Assembly: GCA_000004695.1 (NCBI GenBank)
Contig: CM000151.3
Span: 1,216,001 to 1,280,000, forward strand
Reading direction: 5' to 3'
From: Dictyostelium discoideum
Lineage: Eukaryota
Length of the DNA stretch: 64,000 nt
Part shown: positions 1 through 11,643 of the stretch, one piece after another
Numbering within the stretch: the first letter of the stretch is position 1
Layout: each line of letters opens with the position of its first letter
Program-made: the position numbers and the translations under genes
Notes under the pieces: model-generated
Databases searched by the model: none
What the model saw: the letters and a program-made list of their open reading frames with translations, nothing else
Told to the model about the DNA's origin: nothing

Positions 1-64
1 AAAAGGTTTTTTTTTTTTTTTTTTTTTTTTTACTCTCACCTTTTAAAATAATAAATAAATAAAA

Positions 65-640
65 ATGAAAATATTATATTTAATTTTTACAATTTTAATT
101 TTAATTAATTTTACATTTGCAAATGATGGATTTGTTTTAGTTACACCAATGGGAACAGGAGAAGAATGTTCATCAACTCCATATGGTGAAGGATACTATT
201 TACCAACTGGAACAGAGATTACAATCGATTATGAATGCTATCAATTTGATTTTGTAAACTCATCAACTCATTTACAAGTTCAATATTTAGGTAAAAACTG
301 CACAGCTGAACATCCATCAGTCACTATTTTCCCAATGAACGAATGTGTTGATTTCAAAATTAAAGAAGACGACCTTTCATTTATGTCAATAATTACAGCC
401 AATGATGTTATTCCAGAACAATCAATTTCATACGTTTATTATTACTATTCAAACTTTTGTAGTGGTCCAACTTACCAATTATTCTTTACAAATGGTTACT
501 CAAATGAATATTCAAAATATCAATGTGTAAATGGTAAACCACAAGTTTTTGTTTGTACTGATTCCGGTTCTTGTACTCCAATCGATGCAAGTGGTTGTAC
601 AAATAAAAATGTACCAATTCCATATAGAGTAGAATGTTAA
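65..640 (+). CDS. Small secreted cysteine-rich protein, 191 aa, single exon
   Basis: Complete ATG..TAA ORF. N-terminal signal peptide MKILYLIFTILILINFTFA followed by a Cys-rich mature region, including CTPIDASGCTNKNVPIPYRVEC at the C-terminus. A-rich upstream context is typical of Dictyostelium. No family recognised. Confidence 0.5.
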   Translation: MKILYLIFTILILINFTFANDGFVLVTPMGTGEECSSTPYGEGYYLPTGTEITIDYECYQFDFVNSSTHLQVQYLGKNCTAEHPSVTIFPMNECVDFKIKEDDLSFMSIITANDVIPEQSISYVYYYYSNFCSGPTYQLFFTNGYSNEYSKYQCVNGKPQVFVCTDSGSCTPIDASGCTNKNVPIPYRVEC

Positions 641-701
641 AAAAATAAAATAAAATATAAAATAAAAATAAAATAAAATAAAAATAACTTTTTTAAAAAT
701 T

Positions 702-2187
702 TTAAACTGCTTGTTTATTATCAATATTATTACTATTACTACTAGTTGTCGCTTGATAATCATAAATATCATTTGGATGATTTTCTATATTATTATTGTT
801 ATTATTGTTATTATTATTATTATTATCCTTTGGAATTGATGATTGATTATCAATATTATTCATATCATTGTCAGAATTAAAATCATCATCATCAGGATGA
901 TCATCGGTATTCTTTTTAATATTGAAAAGGATACGATGGAAAAGGTATTTCTTATTGATATGGCTACCCAAAACTTGACGAGCATAAACTGCATCTTGAT
1001 GAGCTGGTAATCTTCTGAAAAACATTAACCAGAAACACCAGAGGGCATAAAACATAATTAGAATGGCAATGATAAAGAGTAATGGAGTATTCCAATTTGC
1101 AATTTGTTGAAAAACACCTTGAAAACCCAATAGACCTGTATCTGGTTCAATTCCTTTATGAATATCGGCAACTGCCTTAATCAATACACCACCAAATGCA
1201 CCGAAAAACATTGATCTACCAACGGCACCAATTCTAGCGAAACCCAAAGCACCCCAATATAAATATTTATTCATACGTTCTGTTGAAAGTTCTCTCTTGA
1301 ATTTATCAGGTTTAATAAAGTAAACCAAGTACACTATTGACACCACAAAGAAAGTTACACCCAACACACAAACGATGATTTGTCCGAAAATATACTTGTA
1401 AAGGAAACCCAAGATATGGGATGTGCCACTTACCTCTTTTCTAGTGTGTGCCAATACTCTTGCAGCGTCAACACCCAATACAAAATAAAAACCACTTGAG
1501 AAAACTCTACCAAATCTCTTTAAAATTGCACCTGCACTTTTGTGTCCCAATTGATCAACATCGAATACAATATAAAAAATACCCCAACAACCATAACTCC
1601 ATAAACCGAGTAACAATAAGAATATTATACCACCACTAAACATTTCTTGTAATTCTTCAAATACACCATCTGGACCTGCTACTTTTCTTTCTTTATCAAC
1701 TGCTGCTGCTAATGATAATACACCTAATGAACAATATAAAATTGCTTTTTATAAAATAAAAAAAAAAAATAAAATAAAAAAAAATAAAAAAATAATTAAT
1801 ATTTGGTTTTGTTTTTTTTTTTTCTTTTTCCAAAAAAATATATATAATGTTACTTTTTGAAAGAAAACCAAATCTAGTAATAATTTGAGCTGCTAAATAA
1901 AATCTTTGATTTTGATTGATATCCCATTTATATTTATTTTTATTAAATATAAATTTAAAGTAACCCCATTTACTGGTTTCTTTTAATCTTTTTCTTTCAC
2001 TAAGTTCTTCATACTTTTTATTTAAATCTACATCTGGTTTAATACTTGGTGTTCCATGTTCACCATTCTCTCTATGTGAATCTCTATATTCATAATACTG
2101 TTTTCTATCATAATCCTCTTCAATTGGTGTTATATCGTCCCTATCTATAATTTTATAATTAATAATAATTTTTTTTTTATTATTCAC
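702..2187 (-). CDS. Multi-pass transmembrane protein, 2 exons: join(complement(1854..2187),complement(702..1744)); intron 1745..1853
   Basis: Two minus-strand ORFs in compatible frames. Donor GTAACA after ...RFGFLSK; acceptor AAAAAG before ILYCSLGVL. Both exon edges are phase 1. At least 6 hydrophobic helices, e.g. IIFLLLLGLWSYGCWGIFYIVF, IIVCVLGVTFFVVSIVYLVYFI and LLFIIAILIMFYALWCFWLMFF. Asn/Asp-rich C-terminal tail. Family not recognised. Confidence 0.55.
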
Positions 2188-2305
2188 GTATATATAAAAT
2201 ATAAAAAAAAAAAAAAAAAATTTTTAAAGTGTTAGAGTTTTTTTTTTTTTTTTTTTTACATATAAAATTGTCAAGTCCAAAAGTTATTTTTTTTTTTTTT
2301 TCACC

Positions 2306-2349
<44 letters not shown>

Positions 2350-2426
2350 GCAAATGTGTATATGTTTTATGGTATTATTTTTATGTTATTATTATTATCA
2401 TTATTATTATTCTAAATAATTTATAA

Positions 2427-2581
2427 CTATATGGAAGAGGAGGGGAGGGATAAAAAAAAATAATAAAAAAATAGTAAACTATTATAATATTCACATTCAA
2501 CTTTTAAACCACTTGGTGATGAGTTTTCATTTGGGTTTTTTGATAAACTTGCTGAAATATCTTTTATATTATTGTTATCAC

Positions 2582-2629
<48 letters not shown>

Positions 2630-3488
2630 TTGTATTATTACTATCATCAATAGTATTTGGATTATCCATACTATCTAATGTTGTATTTGTTGTTGAAGTT
2701 GTAGTAGTAGTAGTTGTTGTTGTTGTTGTATTATTACTATCGTTATTGTTGTTTTCGTGAATGTCAAAACTATTAATAATTTTATTTTGTTCGGCCAAAT
2801 TGTTTTTTATTTTATTTTCGTCCAAGGTCAAAGTCGAATTCGGAGCAAGTTCACGTGCTTTTTTTCTTTTTGAGTTTTTTGTGTGGTGGTCTTTTGATGA
2901 TTTTTTTGATTTTTTTTGGATTTTATTTTTGTTTTTATTTTTATTTTCACTTGAAATATTTTCAGTGGTCGAATTGTTTTTATTTTCACCAGTGTTATCA
3001 CTACTACTACTACTACTACTATCACTATTATCACTGTTATCAATATCAATTTCTATGAAATCTTTATTTTTACTGAAGTTATTTAAACTACTACTATTAC
3101 TAAAACTATTATTATTACTATTATTACTGTTATTATTACTATTATTACTGCTACTGCTACTATTGTTGTTGTTGTTGTTGTTTTTGTTATATGAGGATGA
3201 TGTGAGGTGAGGAGTTATTGAGGATAACATATCCCTCATACTTTTTTTACGTAATGAACAATATTCGGTGGAATTCTCTAAATCGTCATGTTCCAAGTTT
3301 GCACCTTCTTTACCAAATTCTATATTTTTTAAGATTGGATCAGGTGATGTCCTAGTTGTAGTTGTTTTTTTAATATCGTTATCATCTTCTTCGTCAACTA
3401 CAATTGCACCATTTTTACTTAAATTTATATTATTATTATTATCATTATTATTATTTATATTATTATCATTTATATTATTATCATTCAT
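2427..3488 (-). CDS. Asn/Ser/Thr-rich low-complexity protein, 353 aa; C-terminal end uncertain
   Basis: ATG-initiated ORF with a non-repetitive N-terminal part (GAIVVDEEDDNDIKKTTTTRTSPDPILKNIEFGKEGANLEHDDLENSTEYCSLRKKSMRDMLSSITPHL). The codon usage is AAT/TCA-rich, typical of Dictyostelium coding poly-N/S. The last ~25 aa are hydrophobic (LLFFYYFFLSL), so they may be read-through or a tail anchor. Confidence 0.4.
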
Positions 3489-3559
3489 TATTTTAATAAA
3501 TTATTATTTTTAAAAATTAAAAACTAAAAATATATTATTATTATTTTTTATTTTTTATT

Positions 3560-3581
3560 ATTTATTATTATTATTATTTTT

Positions 3582-3658
<77 letters not shown>
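3560..3658. repeat. Imperfect (ATT)n microsatellite in intergenic DNA
   Basis: Visible run of ttattattatt... units, with occasional T insertions. Confidence 0.8.
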
Positions 3659-3659
<1 letters not shown>

Positions 3660-4683
3660 ATTTTTTAAAGTTAATTAATTGTATAAATTGTAGTAGTTTA
3701 AATATTTATTGTTACAAAATTATTATTTTTAATTGATATTGATAGTTAAAAAAAATAAATAAATAAATATATAAATTATTATAAAACGGTGAATAAAAAA
3801 AAAAAATAAAAAAAAAAAAAAAATTAATGAATTATTATTTAATGTTAAAAATAGTAATAATAATAATCAACTATTTTATTTTAAATCTTATTTGATTGTA
3901 ATATTATTAATAAATAAATTTTGGAGTGTTTTTATTTTTAATTGTTTGTTTGGTTTGCGTTTGGGTGTTTTTTTTTTTATTTATTTATTTATTTATTTAT
4001 TTTTATTTTATTTTTTTATTTTTTTGATATATAATTATAATTATTGTTATATGAGTGTGTGTCTTTGATGTCAAAATGTATAAGAAAATTAATTTAAAAA
4101 ATAAAAAAGAGTAAAAAAAAATAAAATAAAAAAAATAAAAATAAAATAAAATAATAAAAAATTTAATAAATTAAAATTTTAATATACCCTAGATATTTTC
4201 GTGTAGCATTTAAAAGTGCAATATTCTTTTTTTCAAATTCTTTTTTTTTTTTTTTTCTTTGAGATTACAATGAATTTAAATGTTAATAAGTAAAAAAAAA
4301 AAAAAAAAAAAATAATAAAAATAAAAAAAAAAAAAAAAAAAAAAAATATTATTCATAACAATCTCCTTTTCAGACAAAAATAAAAAAAAAAAAAAAAAAA
4401 AAATAAAAAAAAATAAAAAGAATTTTTAAGGGGGTTTGCGAGAGAAATCGTCATTCTAACATTCAATGCAACCCCTATAAAAAAAAAAAAAAAAAAATTA
4501 AAAAACAGAATTAAAAAAAAAAAATATAAAAATAAAAATAGAATAAAGTTAAAAATACATTAAAAAATTATTTCTAAAATTTTTTTTGTTTATTGTTTTT
4601 TTAATTATTATTATTTTAATTTTTATTATTTTTTATTTTTTATTTTTTTTATTTTTTTTTTATTTTTTTTTTATTTTATTTTT

Positions 4684-5324
4684 TTACATCCAATTATAAG
4701 ATGGAGTTAATGAACCTTCGAATTTAAGAATTGAATTAATGAAAGAATCAGTTTCTTTGGCATAAAGACGATTATCGATATGGATCATATCTTGATCAAT
4801 GTAGAAATCGATATCCAATTGATTATTCCATTTAGTTTCACCTTTACCTAAAACGTTGAATAATTTATGTTTGTAACAAGTGAGTTTAACACGTAAATCC
4901 TCTGGATCGATTTGAAGTAAACCAGCCAACTTTTGAATGGAGATAGTTGAATACAAAGTGATATAACTACGAATGGTTGTCAAGAGGGATTGTTGTTTGA
5001 CCTCCTCTAAAAACAATGATAATTGAAGACGATGTGGATCCAAAGCGGTTACATTGAAACCTGAAATGTATGGTGGTACTGGACCGATACAACGTGGGGC
5101 AGCAAATGTATACAATTCCTCATAAACTGAAAGATCACCCTTTTGTAATCTTAATAATTTATCACCAAATTTCTCTTTCAAATTATTACTAACATTTTCA
5201 TCAATCTTATTTGGATAAAGTGCTTGACAAATTGTTAATAATGCATACATTTTATCTGTTTTTTTCTCATTCTAAATAAAATAAATAAATAAATAATTAA
5301 TTAATATAAAATCTTTTCAATTTG

Positions 5325-5368
<44 letters not shown>

Positions 5369-5983
5369 TATTAATTATAAAAAACAACTTACATGATCAG
5401 ATTGGAAATTTTGAGATTTTGATTTTGAAGCAACAGAAACTAAAATTGTATTTAAAGCTTTAGTGGCTTCATTATATTTTCTTGACATAAGATAGGCGAA
5501 ACCCAAATAGTAGTAAAGGGTGATATGACAAGCGGTGACGTAGGTATACATGGCTTTCTTACCCATATCGATGAGTTCCAATGTTTTCAAGGCCAATGTG
5601 TAATCACCCAATAAACATTGAACACGTACTAAACTGATTACAGAGTAGTAACCCAACATTTTGTAGACTGGATGTGAACAGAAATCTTCAGATGATGATT
5701 CGAATCTATTGGTATTTGCACTGAAAATTTGTGATTTCTTAATGATATAATAAAGATAACGAATAACGTTTGTGGTATCCCAAATCTCTGGATTCTCTGA
5801 TAAAAAGTCAACATCTTGTTTCTTTAACTTAAATTTAGCAAAAGTATGATATTGATAAACGAATTCATCAACAAGATCCCATAACCATGCATTTGGTAAA
5901 TCAATTTCAACATCATTTGGTGAATTTGCACCTAAAAATAAATAAATAAATAAAAAAAAATAAAAAAATAAAAAATTAGTATG

Positions 5984-6028
<45 letters not shown>

Positions 6029-6754
6029 TTTAATTAATAACTTACTTAATAAAGTATGGAAAATTTGATAATAATTTTGCCATGATTCAACACAGGTGTT
6101 TATATTTGGTTGAAAAACTAAAGCATAATAATAACGATAATAGATTTCTTTGTATAATAAAACAAAGAAACGATCGGTGAAGGAGGATTCTTCAAATTTA
6201 TCACCCAAGATTGGAATTAAGTTTTCAATGGTTGGTAATGCGCAATGTGGATAATAGGTTTCACAACTCTTGAAGAAACTATCGTATGAAACTAAAATAT
6301 CTTGATGTGATTGTGATTTAAAGTTATTGTAGAGATTGATGAAATAGTTGATCACTGGTGTGTAAAGAGCTGTTGCTGGTGGTAAAAAGTTGCTTTGGAA
6401 TTGAGCTGATTGGTTTTGTTGAGTTTGTTGTTGATATGCTTGTAATTGTTGAACTTGTTGTTGTGATAAATTAATTGGGAAACTCTCGACATTTGATGGG
6501 GTTTTACCACCACGATGACCACCTTGTTTATTTTGTTGTTGATTGCCACCACCTTGTTGATTACCTTGTTGATTTTGATTACCTTGTTGATTTTGGTGTT
6601 TATTTCTATGTTGTTGTTGTTGTTGTTGTTGGCCACCTTGTTGTTGTTGGTTATTGTTATTTCTATTTTGATAGTTTTTATTATTACCTCCTTTACGATT
6701 ATTATTTTGATTGGTATTGGTATTTGTGGTACCAGCGTTATTTGTTTGACTCAT
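4684..6754 (-). CDS. eif3L: Eukaryotic translation initiation factor 3 subunit L; 3 exons: join(complement(6046..6754),complement(5394..5933),complement(4684..5271))
   Basis: Strong similarity to human EIF3L across all three exons: [10 protein letters not shown] ~ [27 protein letters not shown] ~ [47 protein letters not shown] ~ [43 protein letters not shown] ~ [36 protein letters not shown] ~ [34 protein letters not shown] ~ FYIDKDMIHIAD. Intron donors are GTAAGT at plus 6040-6045 and 5388-5393; acceptors are TTTAG and TTTAG. There is an N/Q-rich N-terminal extension of about 95 aa. Confidence 0.9.
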
Positions 6755-7039
6755 TCTGTACAGAATCTATTTTTTGATTTTATTATAAATATAATAATTT
6801 AGACACACAAATGAATGTTATCTTTTTTTTTTTATAAGTATAAATAAAATAGTCAATCAAATTGAAAAAAAATAAAAATAAAAAAATAAAAAAATTGAAA
6901 AATTGAAAAAAATGAAAAATTTTTTTTTTTTTTTTTTTTCTTTTTTTTCCTAACAAAAAAAAAACGTGCAAGAAGTTCAAAAAAAAAAAAAAAAAAAATG
7001 GAAAATTTAAAAATAATTAAAAAAAAAACCAAATTTGTA

Positions 7040-7070
<31 letters not shown>

Positions 7071-7493
7071 TTATTATTATTATTATTATTAATAATTTAT
7101 TATTTAGTATTTTATTTTGTTTAGAAAAAAAAAATATACAATTATATATTTTTTTCTAACCAAAGTTAAATAATAATAAATTATTAATAAAAAAAATCAA
7201 TTATTTAATATGAAATTTATTAAATAATAAAAATAATAAAAAACCAATTAATTAATTTTTATAAAATTATTATTAAAAAATAAAAAATTATCTGATCAGG
7301 AATTGAAGTTATGATTGGGAACTTAAGTTAGGAAATAAAAAACGTGAAAAAAGCCCCTTTTTTTAATTTTTTTTTTTTTTTTAAAATTTTTTTTTTTTTT
7401 CGAATTTTAATATTTTTTTTTTTTTTTTTTTTTTTTTTTCTCAATTGATTATTTTCATTTATATAATTATTTCATTTTTATATAAATAAAAAA
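6755..7493. promoter_or_regulatory. Shared divergent intergenic/promoter region between eif3L (minus) and eif3A (plus)
   Basis: Two start codons 740 bp apart facing away from each other. The interval is AT-rich with long T/A homopolymers and (ATT)n at 7041-7100. No specific motif identified. Confidence 0.4.
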
Positions 7494-10400
7494 ATGTCAA
7501 CACAACAAGCATTAGCTCAGGCTAATGAACATGCTTTAAGCCAAGCAAATGGTAATGTTATTTAAATAAAATAAAATAAAAAATTATTTATTTATACTAA
7601 TTTTTCTTTTTTTTAAATATATATATATATATAGATTTAATTAAAGTTGGATCAAAATTAAGAGCATTAAGTGTCTTAAGAGATTTATTAAGTGATCGTA
7701 GTCAATGGCATTCAAGTTTAGAACAAATTATGTCATTATACGTTTCATTATGTGCTGAACAATTAGATTATCAATCATTAAGAGATGGTATTCATCATTT
7801 CAAAGTTTCAATCATGTCACAAAAGGAATTCTCAATTGTACCATTAGAAAATATCTTTAAAGAAATCATTACACCAATTGAACAAAAAGTAGACGAATTA
7901 AAAGAGAAAATTGAAAAAGAAAATCAAGAGAATCCATTAGTTGAACAAAATGAAATCTCACTCATTGATCCACAACAAACTCTCTTATTCTCTTATATGA
8001 AATATTTATTTGAAGCTTATAAAGCAATGATTGAAGTACTCACTCGTCAAAATACTAAATTTGAACATACTAAATTTGATCATTCTAAATTTGATTCAAC
8101 TTTACTTGTAAGTATTTTTTTATTTTAAAAATAACAAATATTTATTTATATATTAATTTTTATATTTATTTTTATTTTTTTTAAAAAGAAAATTTCAACT
8201 CAAGCATTAAATTATTGTTCAAAATATCAAAGAAAACCAGATTTTATGGTATTAACAGAATTATTTAGATCAAGTATTGAACAATTATTTAAAGTACCAT
8301 CATTGGATACAGTGAATACTCATATTGAAATTCGTTTCCATCAATTGACCGTTGCAATTTCATTGGGATTATATTTGATTGCTTACAAGTCAATTGAAGA
8401 TATTAATATTATGTTATTCTCATTGTTAGTTAAACCAAAGCCAGTAGTTTTAGCAACATACTATCAAAAGTTGGCTCAAGTCTATTGGATTACCAATGCT
8501 CATTTATTACATGCCTACGCATTATATAAACATTATGTTTACAATAAGAATTATAATATGAATTTCACACAAGCCGATTCTCAATTATACTCTTCAGTAT
8601 TATTGGTTGCTGCATTATCATCACCAATTCAAGAGGTTAATCAAAATCAATCATTATTACAATTTGATTCACAATCACAAAGAGCTATGGGATTGGCATC
8701 ATTGTTGTCACTCCAATCCATTCCAAAACGTGAAACTTTCCTCGTTGACGTTCGTAAGGTTACCAATGAAGTTTATCCAGAGTTGGCCGATCTCGCTTCA
8801 ATCTTTGAGAAGAAAACATCACCATTGATGTTTGCCAAGCTTTTAGAGCCAAAGATTAAATTCATCGAAGGTCACGCACAACTCTCTCAATACTTAAAAC
8901 CATTCCTTCGTGTAGTTTTCACAAAGATCGCTCTTCAAGTTAGCAAAGTCTACGAAGTTATCAAGATTGAAGAATTCATTAAATTGGTACCATTCTATAC
9001 AAAGACTCAAATTGAACTCTACCTTTTGGAATCAATAAAGAGAAAGTTAATCGGTGCTAGAATCGATCATAAGAATGGTGTAATTCGTTTCGGTCACTAC
9101 GACTTTGACTCTGCCAAAATCTCTGATCAATTATCAAACTTGGCCACTGGTGTTGGTAAAGCTTTGAATATGATTGAACCAGAAAAGAAACAACAACAAC
9201 ATGATAAACTCAAGAAAGAGGTCTACGTCAAGATCATCAATTCACTCCAAGATGAACATCGTCGTATTCTCGCTCGTAAGGAAATCATTGAAAAGAAGAA
9301 AATCTACATGGAACAACAAGATCGTATCAAGAAACAAAAAGAACATGAAGAACTTCAAAAGAAAATCCAAGAGAAAGTCGCTCGTGATCAACAACGTCTC
9401 AAAGAGGATATGGAACGTCGTGAAAAAGAACAAGCCGAAGAGGAATCACAACAAAATCAACTCGATCAAACCATCAATGCCATCGATAAAGCCAAGGTTG
9501 AAATGAAAGCCAAGATCGCTAAAATCGCCAAACAATTGTACATTCTCGAACGTGCCTACCGTGAAGAGGAATTACCAGTCGTTGAAAGCCTCCAAAAAAC
9601 TAAAGCCGTCGAAGATAAGCAATACTTTGAATCAACTCAAGCCGAATTCCTTAAACTCCATCGTGAAGTTCATGACCGTAATGTCACCGAAAAAGCTCGT
9701 CTCAACAGAATCGTACCAGAATATCAAAAATTCACTCAAGCCGTCATCGAAGAGAGAAAGAAACAATTACCAGCCCTTCAAAAGGAGCAAGAAAAGAGAT
9801 TCCAAGAGTTCCTCATTCAACAAGAACAAGATGTCCAAGAGAGAAAGGCAAAGAGAGAGAAAGCTCGTATCGCCGCTGCCCAAGAAAAAGCTAGAAAGGA
9901 AGAACAAGAAAGAGAAAGACTCGAACAAGAACATTTGGAACAAGAACGTTTGGAAGAAGAGAGAAAGAATGCTCCATACGTTCCACCATCTTCAAGAAGA
10001 ACTTTCAGAGACGACGATGATGAACGTGAAGAAAGTGGTAGATGGGGTGGTAGACGTGGTGGTGATGATTTCGGTAGATCCAAAGCTGATGAAGGTGATC
10101 GTTGGGGTAGACGTGAAGATGCTCCACCACCAAGACGTGACGAAGGTGGTGATCGTTGGGGTAGACGTGAAGATGCTCCACCACCAAGACGTGATGAAGG
10201 TGGTGACAGATGGGGTAAACGTGAAGATGCTCCACCACCAAGACGTGACGAAGGTGGTTGGGGTAGACGTGATGATGCTCCACCACCAAGACGTGACGAA
10301 GGTGGCGATAGATGGGGTAGACGTGATGATGCTCCACCAAGACGTGATGATGCTCCACCACCAAGACGTGATGATGCTCCACCACCAAGACGTGATGAAG

Positions 10401-10750
10401 GTGGTGATCGTTGGGGTAGACGTGATGATGCTCCACCAAGAAGAGATGGAGGTGGTAGTGGTGGTTTCGGTGGTAGACGTGATGATGCCCCACCAAGACG
10501 TGACGAAGGTGGTGATCGTTGGGGTAGACGTGAAGATGCTCCACCACCAAGACGTGACGAAGGTGGTGATCGTTGGGGTAGACGTGATGATGCTCCACCA
10601 AGAAGAGACGGTGGTGGTGGTAGTGGTTTTGGTAGAAATCAAGGAGCCCAAGGTGATCAAAACGATAGCTGGAGATCCGATAACAAAAAAGAAGAAAACA
10701 AAAAAGATGCTGATGGTTGGCAAACAGTTGGTGCCAAAAAGAGATATTAA
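7494..10750 (+). CDS. eif3A: Eukaryotic translation initiation factor 3 subunit A; 3 exons: join(7494..7551,7635..8107,8189..10750)
   Basis: PCI-domain region matches human EIF3A: LFSLLVKPKPVVLATYYQKLAQVYWITNAHLLHAYALYKHY ~ [55 protein letters not shown] ~ TRVLLATLSIPI; NSLQDEHRRILARKEIIEKKK ~ NSRKEHQRILARRQTIEERKE. It has a long Glu/Arg/Lys coiled-coil and a C-terminal Arg/Asp/Pro repeat region. The C-terminus ...DADGWQTVGAKKRY matches ...DEDGWTTVRR. Donors are GTAATG at 7552 and GTAAGT at 8108; acceptors are ATAG at 7631-34 and AAAAAG at 8183-88. Confidence 0.9.
10080..10615 (+). repeat. Coding tandem repeat, about 10 copies of a 54-bp unit encoding RDDAPPPRRDEGGDRWGR (some 36-bp variants)
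   Basis: Near-identical DNA units gatgctccaccaccaagacgtgacgaaggtggtgatcgttggggtagacgtgaa recur in frame in the eif3A C-terminus. They are analogous to the DDDRGPRRG decapeptide repeats of metazoan eIF3a. Confidence 0.85.
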
Positions 10751-11098
10751 ACTCTTTATTCCACTCTTTTTTTAATCATTGTTTTTTAATTGTATATCAT
10801 TACTTATTATCTACATCTTTTAAAAAAAAAAAATCATTAAAATAAAAAAATAAATAAAAAAAAAAACTTATAAAAAAAAAAAAAATAGAACAAAACAATT
10901 AAAATCATAAAAATAAGTTAATGTTTTATTTGAGATTGTTGAAAGGATCGATTTCCAATCATTTAATAATTAGTCAAATATTTGACTATAGAACTATGAT
11001 TACTAAATAAAAAAGACATTAATTTAATTAATTTAAGCTTTCAAATAATTAATATGAATTTACCATATGGTAAATTTTGTGGGAAAGGTTAATACCAC

Positions 11099-11160
11099 CA
11101 CATGTGGTTATTCTTCATATTTTTTTTTTTTTTTCCAACACATGTGGTTATTCTTCATAT
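11099..11160. repeat. Direct duplication: two copies of CACATGTGGTTATTCTTCATAT 40 bp apart; each copy starts with the perfect palindrome CACATGTG
   Basis: Read at 11099-11120 and 11139-11160, separated by poly-T. This lies 350 bp downstream of the eif3A stop and about 480 bp upstream of the FNIP-repeat gene ORF. Confidence 0.8.
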
Positions 11161-11643
11161 TCTTTTTTTTTTTTTTAAACTTATTCTATTTTTAAACACA
11201 CCTAAATATAATAAAAAAGCTATTTTTTTAAATTATTTTTATTATTATTTTTTTATTATTTTAATTAAATTTTTATTATTATTGTATTATTTATTTTGTA
11301 ATTATTAATATTATTTTTTTTATAATTTTTATTATTATATTATTATTTTTTTATTATTATTACTATTCAAAAAGGAAATATTTGGATAAAAATTATTGAA
11401 AATGGTATTGATTTTTTTTTTTTTTTTAATTTTTGATTTTTTAAATATTCTTTTTCCTTTTTTTTTTTTTTTTTTTTTTTTCATTGTTGTAATTTTTTTT
11501 TTAATTTTAAAAATGTTTTTTATTAACACTGCTATTAATAAATTAAAAAAAAAAAGGAAATTAAAAAAAATAAACAGGAATTATTAACAACTGGTTTAAA
11601 TGAAATTTCAAGGGATTCAGTATATCAACCAATAATAAATATA

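Noticed and set aside
2229-3210. Plus-strand ORFs 2229..2426, 2572..2760, 2761..3210, 2855..3058 and minus 2828..3049 around the Asn/Ser-rich gene
   Set aside because: These are antisense or alternate-frame translations of AAT/AGT repeats, giving poly-L/V/F/K. Only the minus-strand ORF 2427..3488 has an ATG start and a non-repetitive N-terminal segment.
6352-6802. ORFs 6352..6636 -, 6475..6777 +, 6515..6802 + overlapping the eif3L first exon
   Set aside because: They are alternate-frame or antisense readings of the CAA/AAT-rich N/Q extension of eif3L, giving poly-N/V/L strings.
9174-10775. Long alternate-frame and antisense ORFs overlapping the eif3A 3' half (9174..9506 +, 9552..10775 +, 9992..10723 -, 10005..10601 -, 9817..10083 -)
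   Set aside because: They are produced by the near-perfect 54-bp tandem repeat and the GA-rich coiled-coil codons. Their translations are periodic low-complexity strings (VVDVMMLHHQD..., TSWWWSIITSTP...), and they overlap a gene with strong eIF3a homology in another frame.
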